Source: Azolla caroliniana (Eukaryota; Plantae; Polypodiophyta). From it: 64,000 nucleotides of DNA. Shown in pieces: positions 1-12,040 of this stretch. Location of the stretch: positions 9,548,001 through 9,612,000 of the forward strand of contig JBHGNT010000020.1 of NCBI GenBank assembly GCA_043228905.1. The letters run 5' to 3'. A program made the translations under genes and the position numbers. Under the pieces are notes generated by a model. That model was not told where the DNA came from and made no database searches. It worked only from the letters and a program-made list of their open reading frames with translations. The number at the start of each line of letters is the position of its first letter. The stretch's first letter is position 1.

Positions 1-49
1 TGAAAGATCTTGGAAGAGGATGAAACATGAATATACAATAATGAAATAC

Positions 50-130
50 CTGAAGTGGATGATATGGCAATTGCCAGCCATGATTCCGCATCTTCTTGTG
101 TTTACTTTTGATGTGATTTTATAGAGAATT
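50..130 (-). other. Possible exon of a host gene running off the left edge (ATG at 81-79, MAGNCHIIHF...)
   Basis: On the minus strand, a ttgcAG acceptor (131-132) and a cag|GTat donor (49-48) bracket an ATG. A further GTaat donor lies near 1076 and CT/GAA repeats at 1.35-1.63 kb resemble a plant 5' UTR. No homology recognised. Confidence 0.3.
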
Positions 131-1349
131 CTGCAAGCAGATATTCTTCTTTTGCTCTCTATATGAAGGATTAACAATCTAAGCTCCAGAATGGAAACTA
201 TACGTGCATCCTAGTTAAAATAGTGGTTGGAGATAGAAGGAAAGAAGAACTAGAGAATAAGCACATATATGTCAGATACTAAAGTCTTCTGTAGCTTGTA
301 GTATGATAGAGAGAGCTTGCAATCAGATTATTCTTATCTATTCATTGCCTAAGCTCTAGCTCTAGAAAGACACCAATATGCGAATTCTTAGTTAAAACAG
401 TGGTGGAGAAGGAAACTAAACAAACAATAGAATAATCAGAGCTATGAGAGGTCCTTAGCTCATGAAGGATCCATTGCCTAAGCTCTACAATAGTAACTTT
501 GGCACATCCTAAGCTCGTGAATTAGGCTGCAGTCATACCGAGTAGCAACCATAAATATTCTCCTGAATTGGGATACATTCATCACTTGATCTCAGCTGCA
601 ATGGCAGCCATATTATGTTCATGAAGAAATTCATTGCGTCACAGCTCAGCCACAATGGCAGTCATATGCTAAATTCATTACCCAAGGTCTAATAGATTAG
701 CAAATTATGTGACGAAGTGTAAGACCCCGAGCTCAGATATAATTGCAATAATAAGTTGAATTGGTTAACTAAGCTCAGCTAAATTTCATTGCCTAGGCTC
801 TAGTATAATAGCAACCATGTATAAATACCAGTTTAAAACAATGGCTAGATAAGAGATGCAAAAGAAAAGGACTAGAGAATAATCAGAGCCATGTCAGGAG
901 CTAAAGCTCGTGAAAATGCAGACTAGAAAGGAAAGTGAAGCTAGAAGCATAAAGAGGAGAAAAGCAAGATGAGACCAAGAAGAAGAGGAAACAGAAAAGA
1001 TAGCAGTCAAATCAAAAGCGCACGAAAGGGGCAGAAAAAGCAGAAAGAAAGGCAAGGAAGAAATTGCAAAGTATTACCATGAAGTTTAGGCAGGAGAGAG
1101 AGAATCATTGTAAGATGAAATATTTTGCGTGAGAGAAACAGTTTTCCATGAAATGGAAAGGGATGGGGATAAAAAAAACAAAGAACGGTAAAAACAACGA
1201 AGAAAGCAAGGAGAGGAATGAAGGATCACTGTGATAGGAAAACAGGTTCTCAGATTTACGTCATGAGAAATTCTGTATGGGAATATACAAAGAAATGTAC
1301 AGGATCAGATATCGAGGAAGAAAGCAGACAAAATATTCTTCAAATTGAG

Positions 1350-1354
<5 letters not shown>

Positions 1355-1393
<39 letters not shown>
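1355..1393. repeat. (GA)n microsatellite
   Basis: Direct reading. Confidence 0.95.
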
Positions 1394-1396
<3 letters not shown>

Positions 1397-1724
1397 CCGA
1401 AGAATTTCTGCATACATTGTTGAGACGAGAGGAAAGGCGCCATGGCCATGGCCAGACAAAGCTGACATGACAGGAGCTCGTCCTTCCAAATATCCCTGAC
1501 CATATTATATCTGCGAATGATGAGAAAACCTACTACACAGGAGAAGCTAAGCTACACACGCAGCTCGCTCTGAGCGAAAGCAAAAAAAAGCAAAGAAAGC
1601 TCTTCTTCTTCTTCTTCTTCTTCTTCCTTCCATTCTTCGAGAGTACTTGATCCACGAGAGAAAAGGTCTTGGGTTCAATTCTCACTTTGGCTTATCATTG
1701 TTATAGACTATAGTGTATAAACCA

Positions 1725-2112
1725 TACATACCTTATATTACATGCATGCATGCATGTATATATGCATGTATAAATACATCCATACATGCATGACATACAC
1801 ACACACACATACATACATAAATTACATAGATACATATATTACATACATTACATTGTGTGTGTGTATGTAATGCATGTATGCATGCATACATACATGCATG
1901 CATGCACATTGCATACATACATACATACATACATACATACATACATACATACATACATACATACATACATACCTTACATACATGCATAGATACATCCATA
2001 CATGCATGACATACACACACACATACATACATAAATTACATAGATACATATATTACATACATATATATACATACATACACGCGCACGCTCACACATTACA
2101 TACATATACACG
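1725..2112. repeat. Compound (TACA)n/(CATG)n/(CA)n microsatellite with an internal ~70-bp block duplicated (~1774 and ~1990)
   Basis: Direct reading; explains the MYVC/HTYI pseudo-ORFs. Confidence 0.95.
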
Positions 2113-2149
2113 TATAATACTTCTAAACTATGTATTCTTTTCAAAAATA

Positions 2150-3300
2150 AAAAGCTTCTGATCTATGTATGTTGCGACGCTTGATGTATCACATTGATGA
2201 CATTGTCCTGATCTTCTTAGAATTGTATGCTCGTATGTGATTCATTTGTCGTATGACGAAACTAGGTGATAACTGAAGCACATAGAAGACCCTAGAAAGG
2301 TTGAAATTGAGAGGTGATATAATGAAATAGGAGACATACAACATAGAAGACCCGCCCCAAAAAAATTGTGAGCTTTCTTTTCTTTCGGATTCATTCCATG
2401 GCATTCGGAAATGATTTGCATTGCATGGCATCGAAGAGTTTCTTGGATTAGAATTGTACACACTTGCTTTGCAAAACGTTCGAGGGATATAATATAGTAT
2501 AAGTGAAGCATAGATGATTTCTTGAGTCCTTTCCTTGATATGCGGAAATGGTGGGGTGTCAAAAAGTTTCTCGACTTACGATTTTATGCACCTTCTTGAC
2601 GCAACATCTAGTGGAGATCGAAGATACAAGTTGACATAGAAAACCCACCACAAAAAAAAACACCTTTTTTTCAAATCCATTCCCTGACATTCACAAAAGA
2701 GTTTCCACTTATGTCCTCAAAGGATGGCAATCCTTTTTGGCATTTTCAGCCACAAAGATGGTTGTTCCCTCCGTTGATCACTTAAGACTCGAAACTATGT
2801 AAATTGCTTACACTAATGAATGGATATCCCTTATAAATAAAAAAAGAGTTTCTTGAAGGTCCACATCGACGAGTACAAATACCGTAGAGCAATAAAAGCA
2901 ATGGACATTTCAGACACGACAAAACCAATGCTTGGATGCCAATGGCTAAAAGAGTGCAACAATGCCACCATATATTGACGCGTGCATTTCCCCATATGTT
3001 TTAAGAATAGAAAATAGCAACATGTGGCTAATAGCATATTGAGACAAAGAAAAAGAGATGGTGTGGCATGCGGTGCCTTAACTAGCCTAAGCCAGAAATA
3101 CATGTGGCCTCGGTGTGCCCAAAATATACTGAAATGAGAGAGACTTGTCATGAGTTACCATATGAATGCACTACATTTCAAGAACTCTTGCAAAGGAAAA
3201 ATCCATTGGCCATATACAATTTTGGACACTTTGAAAGAGCTTTGATTAGAGCTCTCTTCAATAGCTTTGACAAATCTAACGCATAGTTACTATCAAACAC
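2150..3300 (+). pseudogene. Heavily degraded Ty3/gypsy integrase-like remnant
   Basis: Frame-hopping translation loosely follows the chromovirus integrase layout (GLLxPxP...W...DF...VDR...HFIP); no intact motif. Confidence 0.3.
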
Positions 3301-3625
3301 TAGATAATTATACATTTGTTGTTACCTATTCCAATTCAACTAAATTCCTTGATAATTTTCCACCATCATTATATATGGAGTTTATTTATATTAGAGCTTG
3401 ATAATCCCATGGATCATTTAGGCCTCACGTGGTTGATAATAGATCATCTTCAACATCATCATCAATGTCCTCCCTCCCTCCCTCCCCCTCTTCCCTTTGA
3501 ATAGTTAAATAGGAAAGCCCTCTTTATTCTTGGAATTGAGACCAAGTACGACATCTCCCTCTTCTTTGAAATGTGAGAAAGAATTTCTCTTTGTTTCTTT
3601 GTTTGTATTCCAAAGACATCTCTCC

Positions 3626-4255
3626 TTGTGTTCTTTTGCAAATGATGTATTTTCATCAACTCTCTGAGCCCCTTGGTCAACCACCTCTGGACTATCGAAC
3701 CTTGTACAAATTTCGTGACAATATGACAAATTGTTATTTCTTGAAGAAATTGGAGGTGATAGATTTGACTCTGAGAATACCACATGGGATTCAAACCGAA
3801 CTGCATCCAATGACAATACTAACAATTCACATCTCATTGTGTTCTTTTGCAAATGATGTATTTTCATTAACTCTTTGAGCCCCTTGGTCAACCACCTTTG
3901 AACTATCGAACCTTGTACAAATTTCATGACAATATGACAAATTGTTATTTCTTGAAGAAAATGGAGGTGATAGATTTGACTTTGAGAATACCACATGGGA
4001 TTCAAACCGAACTGCATCCAATGACAATACTAACAATTCACATCTCATTGTGTTATTTTGCAAATGATGTATTTTCATTAACTCTTTGAGCCCCTTGGTC
4101 AACCACCTTTGAACTATCGAACCTTGTACAAATTTCATGACAATATGACAAGTTACTATTTCTTGAAGAAAATGGAGGTGATAGATTTGACTTTGAGAAT
4201 GCCACATGGGATTCAAACCGAACTGCATCCAATGACAATACTAACAATTTACACC
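3626..4255. repeat. Tandem repeat, 211-bp unit x3
   Basis: Units start at 3626, 3837, 4048; repeated ORF starts at 3806/4017/4228. Confidence 0.95.
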
Positions 4256-6494
4256 TAACTACTTTGCAATGAAAAGATTGATTCATGTGTACATCATTTT
4301 TCACATAACTACTCCCCAGCAAACTTGTGTTCGTTCAACTAGATTTGTTTAGACTTTAGCAATGAATTGCGCCTTGCATCGACATTAGTATGGTGCTCGA
4401 TGAACCAAGAAGTCATATGCATAACAATTGAACTTAGTGTGACACAAAATATAAAGTTAAAATAAGTTACCATGGTCTTTGCAAGGTAAAATGATAGTGT
4501 ATGTAGTATGGAAAATAGGGTTGGAAATAAGCTACTCCCAATGTTTTTTTATATAAAAATGTTCCCCCCCCTCTTGTAGCGAGGGAACTTTAAGACCCTC
4601 CTCGACAACCTTATGAAGGTGTTTTGTCCCAACGTTGACCCAATGATTGACTTTTTGAGGACACAACCCTCTAAACCTTGTTATAAATTATAATTGGTTG
4701 GAGAGGTCCCGATGGACAATTAGTTTAAAGATGGGCTTGAGGCTTTAGGAGGGTGGACATACCACCCTTAAAAATTTGTTTAGACCAAAATAACTTGAAT
4801 CACAACTAATCATACAATCATCAAATATGAATGTGAGCCTCATACACATTACCATTACCCATTTGTACCCTCAAAATTGGATTCACCCAAAGCATCGACC
4901 ATAGATCATCCACTATTAAAGTGTTCCATGCCTAGTTGAGTGTGGCCTGTTTTGGTATTGGTGTTCTTCTTGGTGCATTTCATAACGTTTTCTTATTTTT
5001 TTCCTTTTCATTTTGCATATCCATGTTTCCATGCCAATTTTTGGAGACAAAATTTCACATACCATAATAATAAAACACAAATTGGGGAGAATTTTTATAC
5101 ACATAATTGGAGCTTGATTTTAACCCCCAATGTTTTTACCCTCTCCTTCTACATTCTTCTTTAGTCCTAGGGAACCTTTTCTTCATTGTTCTATGCAATG
5201 CATCAGCGATCCTTCATCACAAGGAACGTGATATTGTTACATCTAATGCCTTGCAATATTTTCAATGTATGAGTTTATTTTTAGTAAGCCAAAAACATCT
5301 GACACATATATCAAATATCGAAGAATAATGTATGCTACTCAAATCACAATGATATTTGCACGCTACTCATTTCAAAGAGAAATGTTGTACTGAAGAAGCC
5401 ATGGATGTAGTTAGTTTTTGGAAGCATGAATAAAGAAACTTGGGCATTCTGGCTACTCATCGATCGATAATCAATAAATAGCTATATTTAAATATGGACA
5501 GAAAGGATGAATTCAAAAAATTTGGGACATACAATAACGATGAGACAATTTCGAAATTTACTTTTCCAAAGCATTTGATTTCATTCATATGGCAAATGAA
5601 GTCATGTGGGATGTTAGAATTGTGATACTATAAATTAATAAATTATCTATTCAAGCACTATTTTTTAGAATCCAAATTTTAAGTGTTCATATTTAAAGTG
5701 AATCAATGGTTTTACCATTATATTGAAGTGTACAAAATAATCCCAATATATGGTGTAATATCCCATACACACTTGGTATTCTCAAAAGTGTCTTGAAACT
5801 ACTATCGATACAAAAAAGCGTAGGGTGGTTACTCTCTTATAATTATTGTATATTGTAATAGCTTAAAATCCGAAGGTCACTGCGATTCACTATCTTCCTT
5901 GTTGTGCTTGGTACAATATTAATAAAAGAATGAGAAACCATAGACAATGTAAATAGAGGACCTTAACATGAAATTAGCATAATATAGAATTTTAGGTAGA
6001 GTATTTCTTTCATAATAATTGTCTGGTTATGTTTCTCTCTTATTCAATGTAAGGTGAGAGCCTAGAGGCCCTTATATGTAATCATGTTTCTAGGCATTCA
6101 CCTCTATTTCTAGTATTGAATTGTAAAACGTAACGTGCAGAAGCTATATGACACACAAAATACCAACAGGTTTAATGGAGACCTTAAGACACGACGTACG
6201 CGGGAGAGACAGAGAGGGAAAAATACACACAGAAGAAACTGAATTCAAAATAATGTGTAAAAACTCTTTGTACATAGGATGTGCTCAGAGAGCACTTTTA
6301 AGTCCATACGGACTGACAGAAGTACTGACACATACTTCAATGCTCATAATTGAGCTCCTACACTAACTCCCAAATATATTCCCTTGCGGAATATCTGTTC
6401 AACGGCCTCCCGGTTTCCACACCGATCCGGCCTCTTGTTGCGTATCGGTTTACGCACCGATCCGGCCAATGTTGAGCTTGTATCTCAACACTCC

Positions 6495-9085
6495 CCCTCA
6501 AGCTCAACTTGAGGCTCTTCCGGTCCTTCGCTCCGTTTTCTCTTGACTTCACGCCTCGCTTGCGCTCTTCGACCCGTTCGATTCCGCGCGCCTCGACCCC
6601 TACGGTCGGCTTGTCTACTCGTGCGGTCTTTTCCAGCTCCCTTGCTGTCACGGTGTTGGCGCCTCTTCTGCTACCCTTTCTTCCGCTTGGCCTTCAATTG
6701 ATTTGGCGTCTCCAAATCAAACATTTGAGCCGAATCAGCTCCCTTCGATTCGTCTCCACTTTTGTCCGAATTGGCTGTCTCCGATTCGCGACTTACGCGA
6801 GCTTGTTTGGTTCGGGGGTTATAACACTTATAACCCTTCAGTTCGTTCGAGTAGCCGACCAAGGTACACTTCTCGGCTTTCACGTCCAGCTTCCTCCGCT
6901 TCTCCTTCGGCACATGCACATACGCGATGCTACCGAAAACCCTCAAGTGTCGTAGATTCGACTTCCTTCCGAAATACAGTTCATGTGCTGACACTTTTTC
7001 GCCGATCTGATTCTGGATGTAGACCACGGTTCGGACCGCTTTGGCCCAATAGAACTTGGGCATGCTCTTTTCTTCCAGCATTGCTTGCGCCGCTTTCACA
7101 ACCGACTGACTCTTCCTTTCGGCTATGCCGTTTTGCTCCAGCGTATACCTGCAACTGAATTCGCGCCGAATTCCCATTTGTTGCAGATAACTGTTGAATT
7201 GGCCGAAAAAATACTCTTTTCCGCCATCCGACCGCAGGCACTTGATCTTCCTCCTTGTTTCCCTTTCAACAAGATTTTTGAGGCTCTGGAAACAGAAGAC
7301 TTCACTCTTCTTTTCGATGAGGTAGATCCATGTGTGCCGGGTGTAGTCATCGATGAAGGAGATCGACTCCCGCCAAGACTCACGTTCTATGCCGGTCCCC
7401 ATACATCTGAATGTATCAAGTCAAGCTTATTTTGGCTCTGATTACGCTCGTTGGGGAAAGGAAGTCGGTGTTGCTTCCCTAGCTGGCAGGCTTCACAAAT
7501 TTGGGCCTTTCGACTACTGAATTTCGGCAATCCGAACACAACTTGTTTCGATTGCAGGTCCTCAAGCCTTTGGTAGTTGACGTGGCCTATCCGCTTATGC
7601 CACAAGTCGATATCCGACTCGACTTTTTGCTCTTTCGCGAACATGGTAGTGCCTATGTCATTGGTGTCGAGGATGAACATCCTCCCATCTCTGCGCCCTT
7701 GCGCAATAACTTGGCCTTCTTCCTCGATGAAGCACTCAAGATGCGTGAACCGGACTTGCATCCCCTAGTCGACGATCTGTTCGACCGACACCAAATTCTT
7801 CGTAATTATCGGGACGTGTAACACGTTCATTAGCTTCCCTTTTTGCTTGACGTGGCTGAGGGGAACTTCACTGACTTCTTCGTAATTATTGGGATGCGTA
7901 ACACATTCATTAGCTTCCCTTTTTGCCCGACGTGGCTGAGGGGAACTTCACTGACATGTACGATCGGATGTAGAGTGTCGTCTCTTGTTGCGACTACACC
8001 TGGTTGTTCCGGTTTTTCCAGATATGAGAACCACTCTTTATGGTTCGTCATATGGTTTGACGCTCCAGAGTCAATGTACCACACTTCGTCCAATTTCGGG
8101 GTGGTCTTCTTCATGAGTTCGCTTCGTGTCTTGTCATGAAGGCTGCCCCCTTTCCGACTTTTTTGGATCCTTCGGCGTAGTGCGTTTGCTGCCGATTTCC
8201 TTGTTCAGTTGATCCGGATCCGGATCCGGTTTTCTTCGAATCGGCGCGCTTCTTCCAACACTCGCTCTCCTTGTGACCTTTCTCGCCACAATACCAACAT
8301 TCCGCAACGTGTTTTCCTTGCTGGTTCTCGTTGCCTCCTTGACTTCCCTTGCTTCCGGAGTGTCTGGAATCGTTGTCGGCATCACCACGATGCCTTCTTC
8401 CTTGTTCCCATCGACCGCCTCTATTGCGCGCCGACTCGCCTCGTCCACCACGACCACGGGGCCTATCTCCCTCCGTGTACAACATCTTGCTGTCGGCATG
8501 CGTACTCGTCGACACACCCGCATGATTCTCCTCTACAAGGAGCATTGACTGCAAGTCGAAAAATGACGGCGTATTCTCCCTTGTACAAATAGCACTTTGG
8601 AATGCTCCGAACTTCGACGCCAATCCTCTGAGGCAGATCTGCACCATTTCGCCCTCCTCAACGTTCATGTCGATGGAGGCGAGGGAGTTGTAGATATCCT
8701 TTATCTTGGAGGTGTAGTCAGCCACCGTCATGTTGCGTTGACGCACATTGCTCAACTCCTGTCGGAGTTGGAACTTCATGGCTGTGGTGCTTGCGGCGAA
8801 AATCTTTTCAGATTTCCCCAAGCATCCGTTGGTGTTCTTGCATCCCGAATGTAGCTCAAGAGTTGTTCGCTCACACAAGATGCGAAACAGTAGGAAACTC
8901 TGTTGCCGACTGTTCCTAGGCTTGGAAGTCTCTGTGTGTCGATTTGGGTGCTGCATCATTCGCTCCATCGACATAGCTCCAGTATCCATGTTCGAGCAGG
9001 TACTGGTGCATCTTGTACGACCAAGATGCAATAGTTACTTCTGTCAAGCTTCTCAATTGGAAGCGAACTAGCCATACCTCTATCC
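6495..9085 (-). pseudogene. pol: Copia gag-PR-INT, frameshifted, fused to the post-RNaseH tail
   Basis: ORF fragments 8111-9031, 7830-8114, 7387-7761, 6671-7402. Confidence 0.9.
7796..7955. repeat. 80-bp tandem duplication in the copia protease region
   Basis: TTCTTCGTAATTAT...TTCACTGAC at 7796 and 7876, with a few mismatches. Confidence 0.9.
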
Positions 9086-9908
9086 ATTTTTCCATTCTGT
9101 TCTTCATCGAGATTAGGTTTTTTTTGTTTTGTGTGTGTTTCGAGCTGAAGTTAGTTGCAGAGGTTCTCAACCCTCTCGCTCTGATACCATGTAAAACGTT
9201 GTCGTAGTGTATTCCACACACTACGTGAAAACCATAAAATAATATATCCGATTTTAGATACATATAAATAAATAAATAATATATCAAAAGAATTTATCAC
9301 GTGCATAGGGCAGGATTTGAACCATGCACCTCCACGTAGATAAACCCCAACTTTACCATTGTAATAATTTATCTTTAGTGTTATAAATATAGATTTAATA
9401 CGTATAAGATCTTTATTTACACATACCTTTATTAAAAGGTAAAAATCATGTATTCTTTAGAGTGTGAATATTTTATTTACACGTGACATTAAAAGTGACT
9501 CATGCACATCTAGCGTGCATGAGCCCTATATTTAGGAAATGACAAAGCATCACATGCACATTTAGTGTGCATGGGCACTTTAGGTGAAAAAGCATGAAGC
9601 CATGCTTAGCCTCTTCCATCTTTATATAAGGAGGAGAAAAATATGTATATGGTTGTTGATTAATATACAAGTTTTTGATCAATCTAATATATTCGTGGGA
9701 TTCACGAATTTTGCCATCTAATTGCTCTTATAATCTAAATATTGTTTTAATTACACTAAACTCGTGAGATTCACGAGATTGCTATCTTACTTCTCTTTCC
9801 ACTATTCATAGCTAGCCTTAAGTTGTATTCCTCTTCCTCCTAGTCAAAAACCTCGGCGGTTCCCACCCGACTCACGCAACGATCCGGAGCCGAAGGGCAC
9901 GACACAGT

Positions 9909-9926
9909 TGGTGAACCCGACGTGAA
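9909..9926 (+). promoter_or_regulatory. Primer-binding site for tRNA-Trp
   Basis: TGGTGAACCCGACGTGAA complements the plant tRNA-Trp 3' end (..TTCACGTCGGGTTCACCA); second copy at 56674-56691 (-). Confidence 0.85.
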
Positions 9927-9943
9927 GTCCGGGTGGCAAGGAG

Positions 9944-11986
9944 ATGGAAAATCAACCGGAGGCTAGCAACATGATGATGATGTTCGAGCGCATGCTACAA
10001 GAACAACGTGCGATGTCGGAGATAGCGGCATCAGTGGAGCGGCTCGTGCAACGAAACAGGCAATTCAACGGGAAAGACGTGTCGCGGTATCTTCGGGACT
10101 ACAAGGCGGAGATGCTACGGTGCGGAATATCGGAAGGACTGCAAGTGACGTCCTTCAACCGGGTGGCGACCGACGGGCTTCAAGCAAGCATCCATGGGCT
10201 ACGACAGCAAAATCCGACATGGGAGGCGTTTGAAGTAGAGCTAAAGAGGGCGTTCGCCATCGAGGATTCCTCCAAGGCGACGCGAAGGGGATTCGAAGAC
10301 TGGGTGGAGACGCCGGACAAGGGATTGAAGGTCGTTGATGTGTTTTCGGCATTCGAAAGCCGGTTCGGGAGGTTGTCCGCGAGGGATCAAGCTATCCTCG
10401 TACCGGACAAGGTGATCATGTTCTTGCGAGCCGTGGACGTCCGGGACCAGAAAGATCTCGGAGTGCTCTTGGAGGACACGACCACGGAGAGCGGCCTCAC
10501 CGAAACATGGGAAAGCGTGTGGGATATCGTCGCGCGATACACGAAGAGGGGGCAATGGCTTGCCAACGAGGAAAAGAGGGTTTCGGAACCGATTCCGAAA
10601 CCGAGAACCGGATTGGAAGACCATCAACTGAGGGCTCGAGAGACTACAACCGAGAAGGCGATTGATGCATCTACGGTGGAGCAACTATTGAAGGAGATGG
10701 AGAATCTGAAGATCGCGATGGTGAAGAAGTCGGATGACCGCCCCACAAGCTCCAAGTATACGGACCGACGGTGCATATGGTGCGATAGCGCCGAACACGA
10801 TCGGAGGGATTGCGACGAGCATAAGGAGGCGCTACGGCGGGTTCTCATCTACTACGAGGGAAACCGGATTCATTCGATGGACTCTCGGAAGCCACTCCGA
10901 CCGAACTTCCGTAAAGGCGGCATGAAGAAGGTGCTCGAGGAGGAATTGGCGGCAAGAAGCAACTATGCAACAACCGCGGGAATATGTGTCGGGGAGTCAT
11001 CGAGAGCAAAGACGTCTTTTTGGCCGGAAGTTCTAGAAAACACCGAGAAGACCGACTCTAACGAGATCCGAAGCACCGCGGAAGGCGTCCGGGAAGCTAC
11101 GGGATGGGAGTGCCCTGTCGACAAGAATAGCGTATACGCCCTGTGTCAATTGCATAAGGTGTATGTGGACGAGAAACGACGACGCACGGAGGATGCGGCC
11201 GGGCCATCAAAGATACCGGAAAGCTGGAACTCCGGAGGTAAGGGAAAAGAAAAGGCGACTCCGGCATTCAAGCTCGCCTCGGACATAGAACAACAAACCG
11301 ACTTGAAAAGAGTGTTCGAGGAAAGAATCTTGGATAGCCGGGTAGATTTCTCGCTTCGGGAGCTACTCGGAATAGCAAAGAAGGAGTTCCACGATCTTCT
11401 CGTGGATCTCGTGAAGCGAAAAAGACAAAGTACGGAGGAAAATGCTCCAAGGGTGAATGCGAACACCGTTTTAATGAACGACACCGAAGTGGAGGACGAA
11501 ATTCCGAACTCCCACTATACAAGGCCACATTGGGCACGCGCGACTACGGAGACTCCGGTCCGAATCGGCAACATCAAAGAACCCGTGCTAGCATTGATTG
11601 ATCACGGATCGGAGATCAACTTGATGTCCAAGGAGTTCTACTGGAAGGGGAAGTGGCCTATTAACACCAACCATGGATGGAAGATTCGGGCGGCCACCAA
11701 AGCAACGGAAGATCTATTTGCGGCTTGTCCGGATGTGACGGTGAAGATCGGGGATGTCGAGATCGACCAAAATTTCTTCGTGCAAGATGAGGTTTCACAT
11801 TCCGTCATCCTCGGCCAACCCTTTATCACGGCATCACGGATGGAGACGAAGGTGCTCGATAGCGGTGCGGCTTTTGCACGAATTCGGAGCCAAAACGGTG
11901 GGAAATCCGTCCAATTCCTAACGGTGCCGGCAAATCACGAAAGGAACAAGAGGGAACTCTTGTCCCAAGTGAGAATGGATTTTTAA
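9944..11986 (+). CDS. gag: Gag-protease, 680 aa
   Basis: Zinc knuckle CIWCDSAEHDRRDC; protease ALIDHGSEIN and ILGQPF. Confidence 0.92.
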   Translation: MENQPEASNMMMMFERMLQEQRAMSEIAASVERLVQRNRQFNGKDVSRYLRDYKAEMLRCGISEGLQVTSFNRVATDGLQASIHGLRQQNPTWEAFEVELKRAFAIEDSSKATRRGFEDWVETPDKGLKVVDVFSAFESRFGRLSARDQAILVPDKVIMFLRAVDVRDQKDLGVLLEDTTTESGLTETWESVWDIVARYTKRGQWLANEEKRVSEPIPKPRTGLEDHQLRARETTTEKAIDASTVEQLLKEMENLKIAMVKKSDDRPTSSKYTDRRCIWCDSAEHDRRDCDEHKEALRRVLIYYEGNRIHSMDSRKPLRPNFRKGGMKKVLEEELAARSNYATTAGICVGESSRAKTSFWPEVLENTEKTDSNEIRSTAEGVREATGWECPVDKNSVYALCQLHKVYVDEKRRRTEDAAGPSKIPESWNSGGKGKEKATPAFKLASDIEQQTDLKRVFEERILDSRVDFSLRELLGIAKKEFHDLLVDLVKRKRQSTEENAPRVNANTVLMNDTEVEDEIPNSHYTRPHWARATTETPVRIGNIKEPVLALIDHGSEINLMSKEFYWKGKWPINTNHGWKIRAATKATEDLFAACPDVTVKIGDVEIDQNFFVQDEVSHSVILGQPFITASRMETKVLDSGAAFARIRSQNGGKSVQFLTVPANHERNKRELLSQVRMDF

Positions 11987-12040
11987 AGCGGACTGTTGCG
12001 GAGTGGGGAAGTGATAGTCCGAGAAACCCTGATACCCCAC
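11977..12040 (+). promoter_or_regulatory. -1 ribosomal frameshift signal (G_GAU_UUU plus H-type pseudoknot)
   Basis: Heptamer 11977-11983 just before the gag TAA; stem 1 11989-11999/12011-12021; stem 2 GTGGGG 12003-12008 with CCCCAC 12035-12040; -1 frame open into pol. Confidence 0.8.

Larger units (their letters stand above)
6122..9199 (-). mobile_element. Ty1/copia element 1; RT/RNaseH deleted; 5' LTR cut after 10 bp by a Gypsy insertion
   Basis: 3' LTR 6122-6490 (TG..CA) with PPT at 6491-6502; iMet PBS (rc of TGGTATCAGAGC) 9178-9189; LTR stub TGTAAAACGT 9190-9199; gag zinc knuckle CWYCGEKGHKESEC, protease WYIDSGASNHM, GAG-pre-integrase WHKRIGH, integrase LRSDGGKEY. Confidence 0.93.

Noticed and set aside
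1733-2161. Cys/His-rich ORFs (MYVC/HTYI)
   Set aside because: Translations of microsatellite.
3462-4322. Repeated ORFs as a gene family, or the repeat as a CRISPR array
   Set aside because: The unit is 211 bp (not a multiple of 3), with no unique spacers and no cas genes; eukaryotic context.
4300-6120. Coding remnant
   Set aside because: No recognisable motif in any frame; left unassigned.
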